A DNA stretch of 64,000 bases, from assembly GCA_976226885.1 (NCBI GenBank), contig OZ320314.1, positions 68,944,001 to 69,008,000 of the forward strand. Reading direction: 5' to 3'. Shown piece after piece: positions 39,300-51,100 of the stretch. The notes beneath the pieces are model-generated. The model was not told the origin of the DNA. It searched no databases and saw nothing but the letters and a program-made list of their open reading frames with translations. Within the stretch, counting starts at the first letter, position 1. Every line of letters begins with the position of its first letter. The position numbers and the translations under genes are program-made. This DNA is from Iphione sp. A-MEVVRFRX5. Taxonomy: Eukaryota.

Positions 39300-40200
39300 G
39301 ACTGTCTGCTTATGACTGATCACCAGACTACGCGCTTGCCTCGAGGGCTGCACATTCCGAGCCAATCGACCATGTCAAGTGCTGAGTTCGTGAATGTGTG
39401 TCTGGTATTGTCTAGAAGTCCCCAGAAGCGACTGGGAAACGTTACTTTCACGAAGGAGGTTTCTTGTTTCCGACATTGCCAGCCACTAATGTGGTCAATA
39501 GGCCTCACCTGTCACAGTGGCCGTGCCTGCCGCCCACCATAGACACTGCCTTACCGCAGGCGGAGGAGCTGGCAAGAAGAGAGAGAGGCCTGAGTGCTTT
39601 GGCGGGGAGGGATCCGTTGGGGATCCTTGGGTGTTACCTATAGGGCACCAAGCCCGAAGGGCAAGTGGATCCCAAGGGCCAGTCTGCCAAAGGTATGGTC
39701 AGCGTGGTCATGGAAACAGGTTGCCGCTAGACTGCCTGAGGGAGGGAGAGTAGGAGGTGGCAATTCTGGAAGTGGCGTAGGTGGGTGACAACGTGCAGGA
39801 TAATGGACGGGGCATACGGCCGGTTAAATTTGTACAGTTAAAGGAGAACAGCAGGGGTAGGCGAGATCTTTCTACGGAGATACTGGCAAAGGGTCGAAGC
39901 GGATACTTATATTTGTCTCATCTCAAAATCTCGATAGCGATTTTTGTTAAGGTCAGAAGCTGGTACCATAACGTGGGTCGCAATAATAAATTTTTCAGGC
40001 TGAGTTTCGTGAGCATGCTGCTGAATAAATACGACTTTCCTGAATATATTTGTCACCGTATAATGTTTGGATTAGTCCAATTCGACAACAGACGAATTCC
40101 TTACAGGTGGTCAAACATGCCAGAACCAATCCTCGCCAATTTCTGAAGGTAGTCTGTATTTGAGTTCATACATTTTATCCTCATTAAGGCTCCACAAACC
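39300..40200 (-). mobile_element. Decayed non-LTR (CR1/L2-like) APE endonuclease relic
   Basis: Ordered motif remnants on the minus strand: VWSLNEDKMYELK (cf. N.RSL.NK.DEL), RPYAPSIILHVVTH (cf. LPR..S.II..VYHPP), VKVTFPSR..LDNTRHTFTN (cf. V.FPTR..N.LD.I.TN), SPRGK (cf. PLG.SDH). Many stops and frameshifts. Confidence 0.5.
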
Positions 40201-40789
40201 ACAATTACTGGTAGACTAAGATTTTTCGAAAGGCTCACATTTTCCTTGTTTTTCCTAGGCAAAGGGACCAACACTGTGGTGTTGATGTCCCCTACGTGCT
40301 TCACACCTTCCATTTCACATTTGCCACTGCTCGTCATCCATTTGATTATTTAATTTTTCATTTGATTCCAGAGTTACTGTTCCTCATGGGAGAAGCTCTG
40401 CCACCAAGTCTCTGCTTCAGTTGAGTCCGTTAAAATTCTCCTATATGGATTACAGCACTACAGATAAAGACCTTCACCATACAATATTTATTAACAATCA
40501 ACTTGATACATATGCAAATACACAGACATATATTTCATTTTCAGTGTACCTTTGATCAGAAACTAGATATGGGGCTATCTTTTTAGCTGTTCTTCTATAT
40601 CCTCCTGGGGTAGCATACTACCACCTTAGTAATGAGAATTATGTGACCAGAATACCCAAGATTGCTCCCTACTCTTATTTTAAGCAGGTTTCTGGGTTTT
40701 TTTTGTACATTAGAGACAGTATCCCATACAACTACAGCCTAGTCCTGTACTGTAGTCCTAACCACTCTGGGTTAGGACTACGGTAATGT

Positions 40790-40892
40790 CTAGTCATGAT
40801 CAAGAGTCCCAGGGCCAGGACTGCACCTGCGACCTCTCAATCAGTGGACCAGTGCTAGTCAGCACTCTTACCCACTGATCTACCTCCCCACC
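40790..40892 (-). mobile_element. Probable tRNA-derived SINE head (degenerate)
   Basis: Minus strand GTAGATCAGTGGGTAAGAGTGC (A-box/D-arm like) followed by GGTCGCAGGTGCAGTCC (decayed B-box). Too degenerate for a functional tRNA. Confidence 0.45.
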
Positions 40893-42522
40893 CGTCAATA
40901 TATTTTTACAGTAGAATCTCACGACTGGGATACCCAAGACAGGAGACACCCTGACACGAGGGACATACACGACTGGAACTACATGTACATCATATTTTGG
41001 CTATAGGTGGTACCATCCAAAACTAGGAACATCCCATAGATAGGAGTAAATTGCTAGGAACTATGGGTGTCTCCATGTGAAGTTCTGTTGTTTATACACG
41101 CAGTAGAATCCTGTATGATATGACAACTGGCAAGACCATTTAATTCTATCCTTGATAGAAGGCTGTACTGCATATACGAGTTATATGTTGATGATTACAA
41201 TTTCTCAGTATCTCAAAGGAACGCAATTGTTGATCGGAAACGCAGACACCTGTGCATTACATCCAACTGAGTAAGGATACTGTAGTACAACGACAGTCAT
41301 CATTGAAACGAGAAATGAGGAACCACAGCGATTTCCACGATTAACCACATGCCTAAATCTGTCGTGGTGTTTTGATTAGATGATGCTGTATTCATTGCTG
41401 ACATGACCTGCAGTCAACCGATTGCCTCAAGCAAGCTGGTGAAATGGTGTGTAGCTGGCACCATCCCCAGGCGGTTGCCTTTGGAACTAGCGTGTGTGAC
41501 TCGAACGCCCCCGACGGAGGCAACGAAGACGGAGGAACAATCCTTGCAAACAATACGGCGCCTCCTGTCATTTATCACCAATTTCCGGACTGCGGCCGCC
41601 GCACCAACGAGTGAAAAACACGCGACTCTCCGCGCCGCCGACGGCGTCGACAACGACGATGACGCACAGCTTCTCCGGTCGGCGGTAAAAAAAGTATATT
41701 CCCATAAGCCCAGTGCAGACTGTCGAGGGACTGCAATGGATCGGAGCTTTAATCGAGTACGGACGTGGCTCACGCTATAGGTCCCAAGTTAGCTCCGACA
41801 TGGCCGCGACGGAAATGAACCACTCGTAGATCTTCCTGGGCCCCTAGTCTGGCTCTAGACAAGGCGGCATTGTTCTGTAAGGCACTTGAAAGGGTAATGC
41901 TCTCTGCCAACATCGGAGCTAGAAATAGCAGGTCGCCTGAGAGACTGTCAATATATTTCCTTACTGAAAACTCCAGGGCGACGTCTTGTACAAGTCACCC
42001 AGCACTTCCAAGTAACCGGCGTAGGCCAACAACGTCAATTTCTCACGAACATATTGACAATAACCTGTTTAATATGCGTGCACACATGCATACATCAAAT
42101 GCACAAACGTACATGTGTATGCTGGTCCCCTTAAAACGACTTTCAGAAAGTTTTTGCGGCTTGGGGAAAGGATTCAAATGATTGTCGCTTGACTAGGATA
42201 TCAAACCCTCTATGTCTAATCTATACGTGAGAGGGATAAGGGGATGAACCGAGACCCTTCCACAAAAAAAGACCTGTTGTGCTGCAGATGATGTCTGCCT
42301 CCCTCGGGTGTGATTGGCCATTGGTAGCAATCGCGCCACGGTGCCCATCAAGACGGTTGCTTCTATGGTTACAACCGGGCCTATCAGTATTTACATAGTT
42401 TGACTTTTAGGACCCACTAAATATGAAAAAAGATATATACATTATCCTGAATTGTGCTTAAATATTTTACATACATCTAAAAGGACGCTGTTTAAAACCT
42501 CCTGAAATCAGATGAGGCTCAC

Positions 42523-42561
42523 CGCAGTACAGTTTAACACTTCCTCGTACGTGTGCTGGGC
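42523..42561 (-). CDS. Candidate 39-nt exon of gene A (AQHTYEEVLNCTA)
   Basis: Long pyrimidine tract ending ...cctctaccatatag|GCC and donor GCG|gtgagc. Phase 0/0, compatible with the phase-0 donor at 55877. Confidence 0.5.
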
Positions 42562-43849
42562 CTATATGGTAGAGGTGGACAGGAGGGGAAAGGGGGAAGG
42601 AGTTTTGTGTGGTATACTGTATGGAAGGAGGTGTAGCGTCAGGAAGTCGTCACGAACCTTCCCCCAACAGGGGATGGCTGTGGTGGCTCGTGATAGAGCC
42701 CTGGGGACAATAACAGTCGGTGACAGTGAGCCCCTATCAGAGCCGCACACCCGCCGCTCGCCGCGGCAGCCGTAACGGCCTGGACCTGACTAGAGGAGCG
42801 GGAGGGCGGGAGGGAGCAATAGGCGGAGGTTGTTAGGAGGAGGAAGAGGTATAACAACGTGCTGTGGAAGTGATTGTCGTTCTAGAGCAATATGATGGTC
42901 CCTATATTTAACCTTAAACCAACTAATACATGTTCTGCCATACTCAGGAAGCTCGTCCGGTAATTATGCAGCTTGCAAGAACAGCAGAGGCCACGGGGAG
43001 ATAGACCACTTTCAACCTGGCTTGCATGGAGCTATGTTTTGACAGTATTTTGGAGCATGGACAAAACGTCACTATAGAAAGTATAGATTATTATATAGAA
43101 CTCAGATCAAGTAAAAGTTGTTATTTTTATTCTGGTATATCAATATTATTCATGTGGGATTTGAGGATGATACCTTTGTGTATACGTAAATCCCTGTGTC
43201 AAAACAGACCTGAATTGTGTATATAAACATATCGTTTATTTATAAACGAGCATAAATCACCATTCCTCAATAACAGTTTCTTCATACCAGGCACAAGTAT
43301 ATAGGTAGAAGGTAATAATGACAATACTGTTTAATCTAATGAAGACAATGCATCAAGCAGGTTATTTTTTCCGCATGATTCATATATTTCCGTCAGGCAG
43401 TATTTTACTGAAAACTGGACCAAATGTTTGGTGTATTGGGTGTCTCTAGGAGTACTTATGGACATCCATCAACCAAGCATTCAGTTATGGACTTTTGTCC
43501 CATTCCTGACAATTAGTAGATTATATGAGCTACCAGTGAAATATGATCTTGACTCTAGGATATTGCTGCACACACGTGTACATCTGAGATATGATCATGT
43601 GACAACCAACCCACCCATAGACAGCCAGTTGAAAGGAGTGTAGCAAAAAGATTCAAATGGATGAAGCAAAGCAAAAGAATACATCAAACCCAACAGGAAG
43701 GGAGAGGTGGGCAGATGTACACCTGTGTGCAGCAATATCCTAAATTCAAGATCACATGTCACTGGTAAGCTACCTACTAACTTTAGTTCTACTGCTACAC
43801 CCTAGGTGCTCCTCTGAGACTTCAAAGCCATGAAGCTCTAAAGCAGACA

Positions 43850-44640
43850 TGAGAATCCTATTGTTGAATATCTTTAGATAAAACAGCTTGCAAGTATTGG
43901 CATGGCTCCATATGCCCCTCTTCGTAATCTCTGACAAAGGCATGCCAGTCTTAGCTTACAGACTGAGGCAGGCCTAGTTGAATGGGCAGAAGAACATTAG
44001 TGTCAATGCCAAAGATATGAATTCCTTAGTCCATCTACCTAGAGTGACAGTTGAAACAGGTTTATGTGGAACAGCAAATGACATCATGTCCTGTTCTGAA
44101 AGGCCTAGTAGCAGCAATATAAGCCCTCAAATAGGAAACAGCACAGTAGGCAAGGTCAGTGAAAGATTGAATATTTAACTTTAAGGCTGACCTGCCCTTC
44201 CTAGACTGCTTCAAAGTCTCGGTGAATGGAGCCTGGACATAACCACCCCCTGGATCATAAATGTTGAACAAATGGATGTTACAAGTAGTTTGCATTCTGT
44301 CAGAAGCTGCCAACAAATGTAACATGTTACACTTAAGGGTCAACTATTTCAAACTCAATGGAGCAAGAGAATGCCAGGATTTGGGAAAATTCAGCACTGG
44401 CTCCACATCCCAAGTATGATCAACCCTGGCAACAGGAGGTGTGACATTAAAGAAACCAGTGAGCAATCTGACCACATCAGGGTGCTTCCAAAACTGATAA
44501 TCCTCAAACTAAGAAGGAACCACAGCCAAATCACTCCTGACGGTATTGAGTGCACTTTAGCTGATCCAGATTTATAAAGTTGCATTAAGAAAGCCATGCC
44601 TTGCTTTAAAGTAAGAATTAGAGCATCCCAATTCCTCTTG
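43850..44640 (-). pseudogene. DIRS tyrosine recombinase, pseudogenised
   Basis: SALNTVRS..KHPDVVRLLTGFFNVTPP..HTWDVEPVLNF, LSLK*LTLKCNMLHLLAASDRMQT, LKQSRKG, CAVSYLRAYIAATRPFR, GIDTNVF, GIWSHANTCKLFY match conserved DIRS YR blocks. Stops and frameshifts present. Confidence 0.85.
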
Positions 44641-44689
44641 CAACACAAAGCATCCCACCTCCTCAAGTAGGAGTCGTACAATCGATGAT

Positions 44690-45190
44690 CTTTGTAAAAA
44701 TTCTGGGTGCAGATGACAAACTAAACGGGAGCACATCATATTAATACACCTGGTTTTGCTACCTGAAGCACAAATACTTCCCATGATGGACACAAATAGG
44801 CATTGTTTGATAAGCATTTTTAAGATCAATAGATTCCATAAAACATCCAGGAGAAACCACAGGCAAGACAGACGCAAGGATCCCCATCTGACAATGCTTA
44901 TACTCAATAACCTTAATGAATTTAGACAGGTCCAGGATCATCCTAAAGAAACCATTGGGTTTAGGCCTCAAAAAGCCTCGTTGGGAACAGACCTCAAAAC
45001 TGAAATAGATTTAATTAACAAAAGTCACTATTTCCTGAGAAAAATTTACTAGCCTAGGCCTAAAAGGTTGAAATGGCTCCTCCAGCAAATTCAGGTGATA
45101 CCCTGACATAGCCTGAAGCACCTCACTTTCAGAGGTCACAGTTGCCTAATGCTTCCTGTAAGTAGACAGGTTGCCCACTAAAAACTCTAT
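44690..45190 (-). pseudogene. DIRS reverse transcriptase N-terminal fragment, pseudogenised
   Basis: VGNLSTYRKH..VLQAMSGYHL, PKPNGFFRMILDL, EYKHCQM..VSPGCFMESIDLKNAYQTMPI..HGKYLCF and LPFSLSSAPRIFTK. No YxDD motif or RNase H seen afterwards. Confidence 0.85.
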
Positions 45191-48100
45191 TTTCTCACCT
45201 AAGGAACATGGGCTTGCTGCTGCTACTTCTGGACACGTTGCCGAGGGACTTGGGACTAATAAGCTATGGGTAACAGAGGCTGGGCTCGATATTGATAGCT
45301 CTGAGCATATCCCTGCAGAGGCCACTGGTACACAAATCTCTTCCTGTCCCTGGGCTGAAACCACCCTCTCCCCCCTGGGCCTGTCTCTGTGGAAAAAAGA
45401 CCTCTGAACTTGGGGAGGCTGCTTTTCCCTCACTTCCATCTTACCCACAAGTCTTGAATTTTGTTCCACCAGCTTGGCATTATCCATGAGATTGTCCTAA
45501 AACAGCCATTTGGCTGAAGGAGGACAAAGATCAGATACCAACTTTCTGAATTCAGAAGAAAGGGCTGGCTTCACCTACTCCCTCCTGATCTTGACCAAAG
45601 CCTGAATGGCAGAGCCAGACATAATGACAGAATCTGAGACAAGCTTGGAAAGTTCAGACAACCAAGGGTTCTCCTTGGCCTCAGCCTTTGGGTTGATAAT
45701 CTACAGAAGCAACATGGGAAGTCAACAATTCTTATTTAACTCTCTATAAAGACTTTTCTCTGTCCTTCACCTCCTTGGAAAGGGCATTCCAAAAGAATTC
45801 TTTAAGTTTACAAAGACCCAACCATTCATTGATATTAGGCCTGGAATGCCTCTTCCTGATTCCTAACTCCAGACACTGAGTCAGGCTGCCTTGGTTTTGG
45901 TGAAAAAGTGGCAAATTCACGCACAAGTTCATCCAATCCTGGCCCCAACTTGGCCTCAGTTGACATTGGGGCCATGATGGCACGCAAGGGACCAGGTTCA
46001 TCCTCCTCATCAGCAGACCTTAACTCCCCCTCTTTCTGAGACTCAATCAATGCTTGCACTGGGGCAAAATCATATTCTACTACATGGACTTCTTAAGCAG
46101 CCTCCTATATCTAGCCAACAAAGACAACTCACCACCACCACCACTAGAGACGATTCCCCTAACTTCAGAGAGAACATGCCCAGCTGCCACGAGAAGTGCC
46201 CACCACCGATGACTTGCGTCACACAGTCTCCCCCACCTGGCGACACTTCATTACCTCGGCAGGTACAGAGTTGTCCACCACCTTTCTCTTCTTATGTGAA
46301 GAGCTGCGCTTTTTCTCGCTAACATCGATGTCAACAACTAGCGCCAACAACATGAACTCTTCAGTGGACATTGCTGGCTAGCTGAATGAAAAATACAGCA
46401 ACTCAACAGGCGACTTGACAAGCACAAGCGGCGGAATCAACAACATGCAGTTTACAACTGACACGGATCAAAATTCTTACCTCAACGTGTATACAGTGAT
46501 CCAGAAACAGCCCAAGGTGGTCTCCGAAAAATAATATGTATGCTACTGTCCCTGAAAGCAACGATTTGATGAACAAAAAGCGAAATATAATCCAAAAACT
46601 CCTATGAAAAGACCTAACGTCTGGCTGGGTTGACAACTTTGAATCAACTGGCTATGGCTGGGGTGGTTGTCATGTACACCTGTGTGCAGCAATAGAACTA
46701 TAAAGTACCTGATTTTGTCTGGGCAATGAAGTGAGTTATGAGTGATGTGTCGACTAACCGTGTCACTCTTACTGAGGGCTTGGGATGCAGTCCTAACCAT
46801 GTGGTGAGAATGACAAGGTTAAGTTGACAGATACCGACTAACTCACTTAATCACAGTTCTAACAATGATACGAGAAACATACATTTTTGAAAGTTTTTGT
46901 GTCGATTTCCACTTGCAGGCATCGTGTTGACAAAATGTAAGTGTTGTGTGTATGTCTGAACCAGTAAATGACCTACTGTGCCTGTGCATTTTGTTTACTT
47001 CCAGTTTTTTGCAAGCATGATGCCATGAACTAAAATTCATCGAATAACCAGATATATGTTGAAATGGATGCCAACCACATCAGAAAGGCATATCTATGTT
47101 AAATTTAAGTAATTCCCATCTTACTTTGGCTGACAACAATCTATTCTATCTATATTTCCATGTTAAAAAGTAGAATCAACACACAACTGCCATCTTGTTT
47201 TGGTTAAATTGAAACGTTTTTCACTTTTGACCTCTTTATTGTGACATCATTGTGAAATGTCCGTTGGCGTATTCATTCGCCTTGTCTTTAGAGGTATAGG
47301 CACTTTCACCGCTAGAGTATCAGAACTGGTGACACGGAACAGTAAGAGATATACGGTATTTAACCACTGGTGTCCACAGTGTGGACAGTAACTCTAAGTC
47401 TGAGCCTTTCCAACCAAGCTACAAGCCAAAGGATTGAGAGACAAATGTGTGTGTTTGTGTGTGTGTGCATGCGCTGATTCTGAAGAAACTTGCCTAAAAG
47501 TATTATAATATTGCTAAATTTGCACAAATGTGAAGCATATTTGCCTAAAATTCCCAAACTTTTATTACATTCAAAGTCCCTTACTGGACAACCAGAAGGT
47601 GGACAAGACCTGTTGAAAGGTCAGTCTGGAGCAGTACAACATATGACTTTATGCAATATATACATAACTATAAAGCGGAGGTAGGCTCAACTGAGAACAG
47701 CTTTGGTCGGAACAATGTGAATCTCCACACAATGTAGAACCCTACTGTGGACCACTAAATCGATGTGCTCCTAGTTACTCTTTATTACTGCCTGTGCTGT
47801 ACTTCTGTTCAAAAATGCAGCGGATTACATGAAAATTGAGCGGTGCACCTTCGTCTATTCATACATCCAGAGCATATGGATTCATGGGGGAACGATCATG
47901 GTCATCAGGAGACACGCTCTGTCACACGAGATACCAGACCACACAACCATGCTTACATCGTAAGCATGCAAATATGCTGCGATGGAAATACATGAAATTT
48001 GTATTCAGAGTAAATGCCTTAACTGATCAAGGTGATTATTATACCTAGCCAATGACTTCCTCACAGAGGAGATAAAAATCGGGGCCAGTCCAAGAAAATA

Positions 48101-51100
48101 TTACACTCGAAACAATGTCGTAGTTCTGAGCAACGGGCAGCGAACAAGATCACGGGGAAGATGGTCATAACAATGAATAGTGATTTATTGCGCCTCAGGC
48201 ACTCACCCAGAGTCTCACTGTTGCAAAGAAAAAGAGTACGGCGCATAGAATTCATCGGAGTTTCGTCACACTTCATACCAGCGACGAATGCCCCACTCTA
48301 CTGATATATATATATGATACACGTGGGAAAAAATCACAGGCCAAGAACCAGTGGCTGGTATCACAGACGCCGAGTAGACGAAACGTATTCTGGAGAGCAG
48401 GCCAGCCCCTCCAACAGCAGAACATGCCGGAGTTGGCCGCCGTGGCTGCCAAGTTGATTTTCCTGTAATAGCAATGATTGAGCCTCCTACTCCACCAAAA
48501 AAGACAGAAATGGAAGCACACATCAAGACCTACTTCAACATCACAGACAGCCCAGTCAATTTAGTAAGGTGATGAGCAATAGCAGCAGCGAGAGCGGATG
48601 GCCCAATTTGGCGCAGAATAGAGACTGTGCGTTAAGCCAAGTTGCGTGTAGATAGGCTTGAATTTTCTGAAAAGGCACGAACTCCTCCGATACAGAAAAG
48701 GGAGTCTTTGCTCAGATTGTAATAATTTGTCTGCAACCGATACAAATTAATGGTATTATTTATGATTACCGTCCGTGACAACCAATACCCAGTCTGCATA
48801 ATACTTGAGAGACGTGATTGAATATTGAAGTTTAAACCCCACTGCAGCCTCAAGCAAGATCACAGCGTATTGGAGACAAAAGCATCCTCTACCCAATATC
48901 CTCTACCACTGGCCAGTGGCCAGTCGAAGCATATTGCCCAGCGACTGGCCATCCATCTGGCCGCGCCGGTGTTGGCGAGGAGTTGGAAGGGTTGCACCCA
49001 GGGGGATCCTTCTCACTTTGTGACAACGCCCGCCTGTCAGGTAATGGGTTGGTGCGTGCCGTGTCTACCGCTCACTCCACAGGGCCCTGCCGCGCGTTAT
49101 CGGCGCCCGCCGCCTGCCTCCCGCCACCCGCCTTGACCAATTTTCCGTTGGCATGGGAGCCAGGCACGGGCAAACAAGCTTGAAAGCAATCTCTACGTCC
49201 AACACAACATCCACGTGCTATGACCAATAGCAGCACATCAACCACCAACCATCTCAATCACCAACAACACATGCATGGAGTCTCCAAGACTTAGAGCCCG
49301 CCAATGTTACACTAAATCCATGCGAGTGGGGTGTAGCTATGAAGTCAATAATACTTGTAAAACTACCAACTTTCCATGATGCGATAAAAATGTCGCTCAC
49401 CACTTCTCAGATACATACTAACATTAGTACACCTATCAAAACTACAAGCACGGTAGAGGTAGGCAGGCTCAACTGACATTTCAAAAATATTTACTATTAA
49501 TTTTGTAACATTAAGTAAAGGCTTTAATGACTTTGATAACTGCATAGACCACTGATCTACATATTATATGTATATGACAATCTAGTAAACTGTCAACCAC
49601 ACGTGTCTTCCCCAGCGTTATTCCGCTCGAACTCAAGGCATGGACCATCAATATGTGCAGCAACCTTATCTGAGCATCCCACCTTCTTCAAGCTTGTCGC
49701 AAAATAAGCTAAGGACACAGAAGCCACAGAGGAAAAGACGGGGCGGGGAGGGGGAAGCTGCCTCTCGATAATTAACCCCATAAATGCGGTCCAAGGTCTC
49801 ATTCCAGCTGTTTTGTTCTATATATTGTCATCTTTCCACCATACAGCGCCACAAGGTAAGTGCCTATCTCTCTATAACTATAGGCATGGAATAGTTTCAC
49901 AGTAGACGGTTTCATCCGGCGAGTCTGCTGTCTCGAAATCAGCCTCCCTTAGGCTACTTTTGTCCAGGCTCTCTCTATATCTTTTCCTCCTATACGTACA
50001 TTGAGTATTAAGCGAAGCAGCGTTTCTCGGAAAAAGCACTAGCATAACCGCGCTGTCATTCAATATATTATTTCAATGCATGTTCTTTCTTCACTTCTAT
50101 AGGATATTTACAGTTTCTGTAAATACATAATGATAGAGGTCTCTTAAATCAATCTGACTGAATTTCAATTAATGTACACTTTACCCAAATACGACGAATA
50201 AGGGCTCCTCGCATACTTTCGAACACGGCTCTGGTGAAGTTTATCCCCACTAATTTAATGGTAATATTGTGCCAAATGCATCATTAGGAAAGGCTTTCAT
50301 CCGGATGATTTTTCTTTGTCACCCTGTAGGCAGCTCACTTCGGAGAGAAAATCAAAATAAGTTTATCTCTTCAGTGGTCACATTACAGGGTTCCTACTGT
50401 ACACTCCTCCATGTCAGGGAGCTATCAAAAACTGTGCTCCATGATAAACACAGGACAGCATCACTTACAAAACGAAGATCACCAAACATACCAATTACCC
50501 TAAGAAAACAAAACACCAGCCAGTAAAGAAGAAAACTGAAAATACGAAGTTATGAAAAGAAACTAAGGCTAACGGTTTCTTCAAATCTCGGCTCGCTTAC
50601 CTGGAAAGTCACAGGTACCATCGTATAGATTGGGGAGGTAGAAATGTAGGGTTAAGTAGAAAGTTGGGTCCAGGTCTGACCCTACCTGTTCAACATGACC
50701 CATAGGCCTTCCCTTGCAGTCGCTGTGCACCAAGGGTTTGACATCATCCAGGTCACTGCTTCCCGTTGGAAATATGCCTTGACAGGAACATGGCTCTCAT
50801 GGTAGGGCACGCGCAGTTAAGGTCACTGCCCCTTAGGCTTAACACACTCACAGATTACTTTAAATTCCGTTAGAAGTTTGGCCTAGCCCTTCGCCTGGTG
50901 GGAAATTAACCTATTGAGCTAGCGTGCCCATGGAGACATTGCCTCTTCTATACCTGAACAGTGTTCTATTACAGTGAAATTTGTCAATAAAGTACCCATA
51001 AAGCCTTAAGGAATCATCATATACTAACATATACTGAAGAACCCTATTAGAGAACTATTCACCAGTGGAAAGTTTCGAATGTCATACCAGGAATGACTCT

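Larger units (their letters stand above)
43528..46694 (-). mobile_element. Degraded, internally deleted DIRS-like tyrosine-recombinase retrotransposon (gag - RT fragment - YR) with terminal inverted repeats
   Basis: Characteristic RT and YR motifs in DIRS order. gag-like region 45200-46400 includes KWLF*DNL. The left end (46646-46694) is inverted to 43561-43630, with an internal complementary copy at 43712-43771. Confidence 0.9.

Noticed and set aside
40790-40892. Functional tRNA gene
   Set aside because: Decayed B-box and no clean cloverleaf, so called as a SINE head instead.
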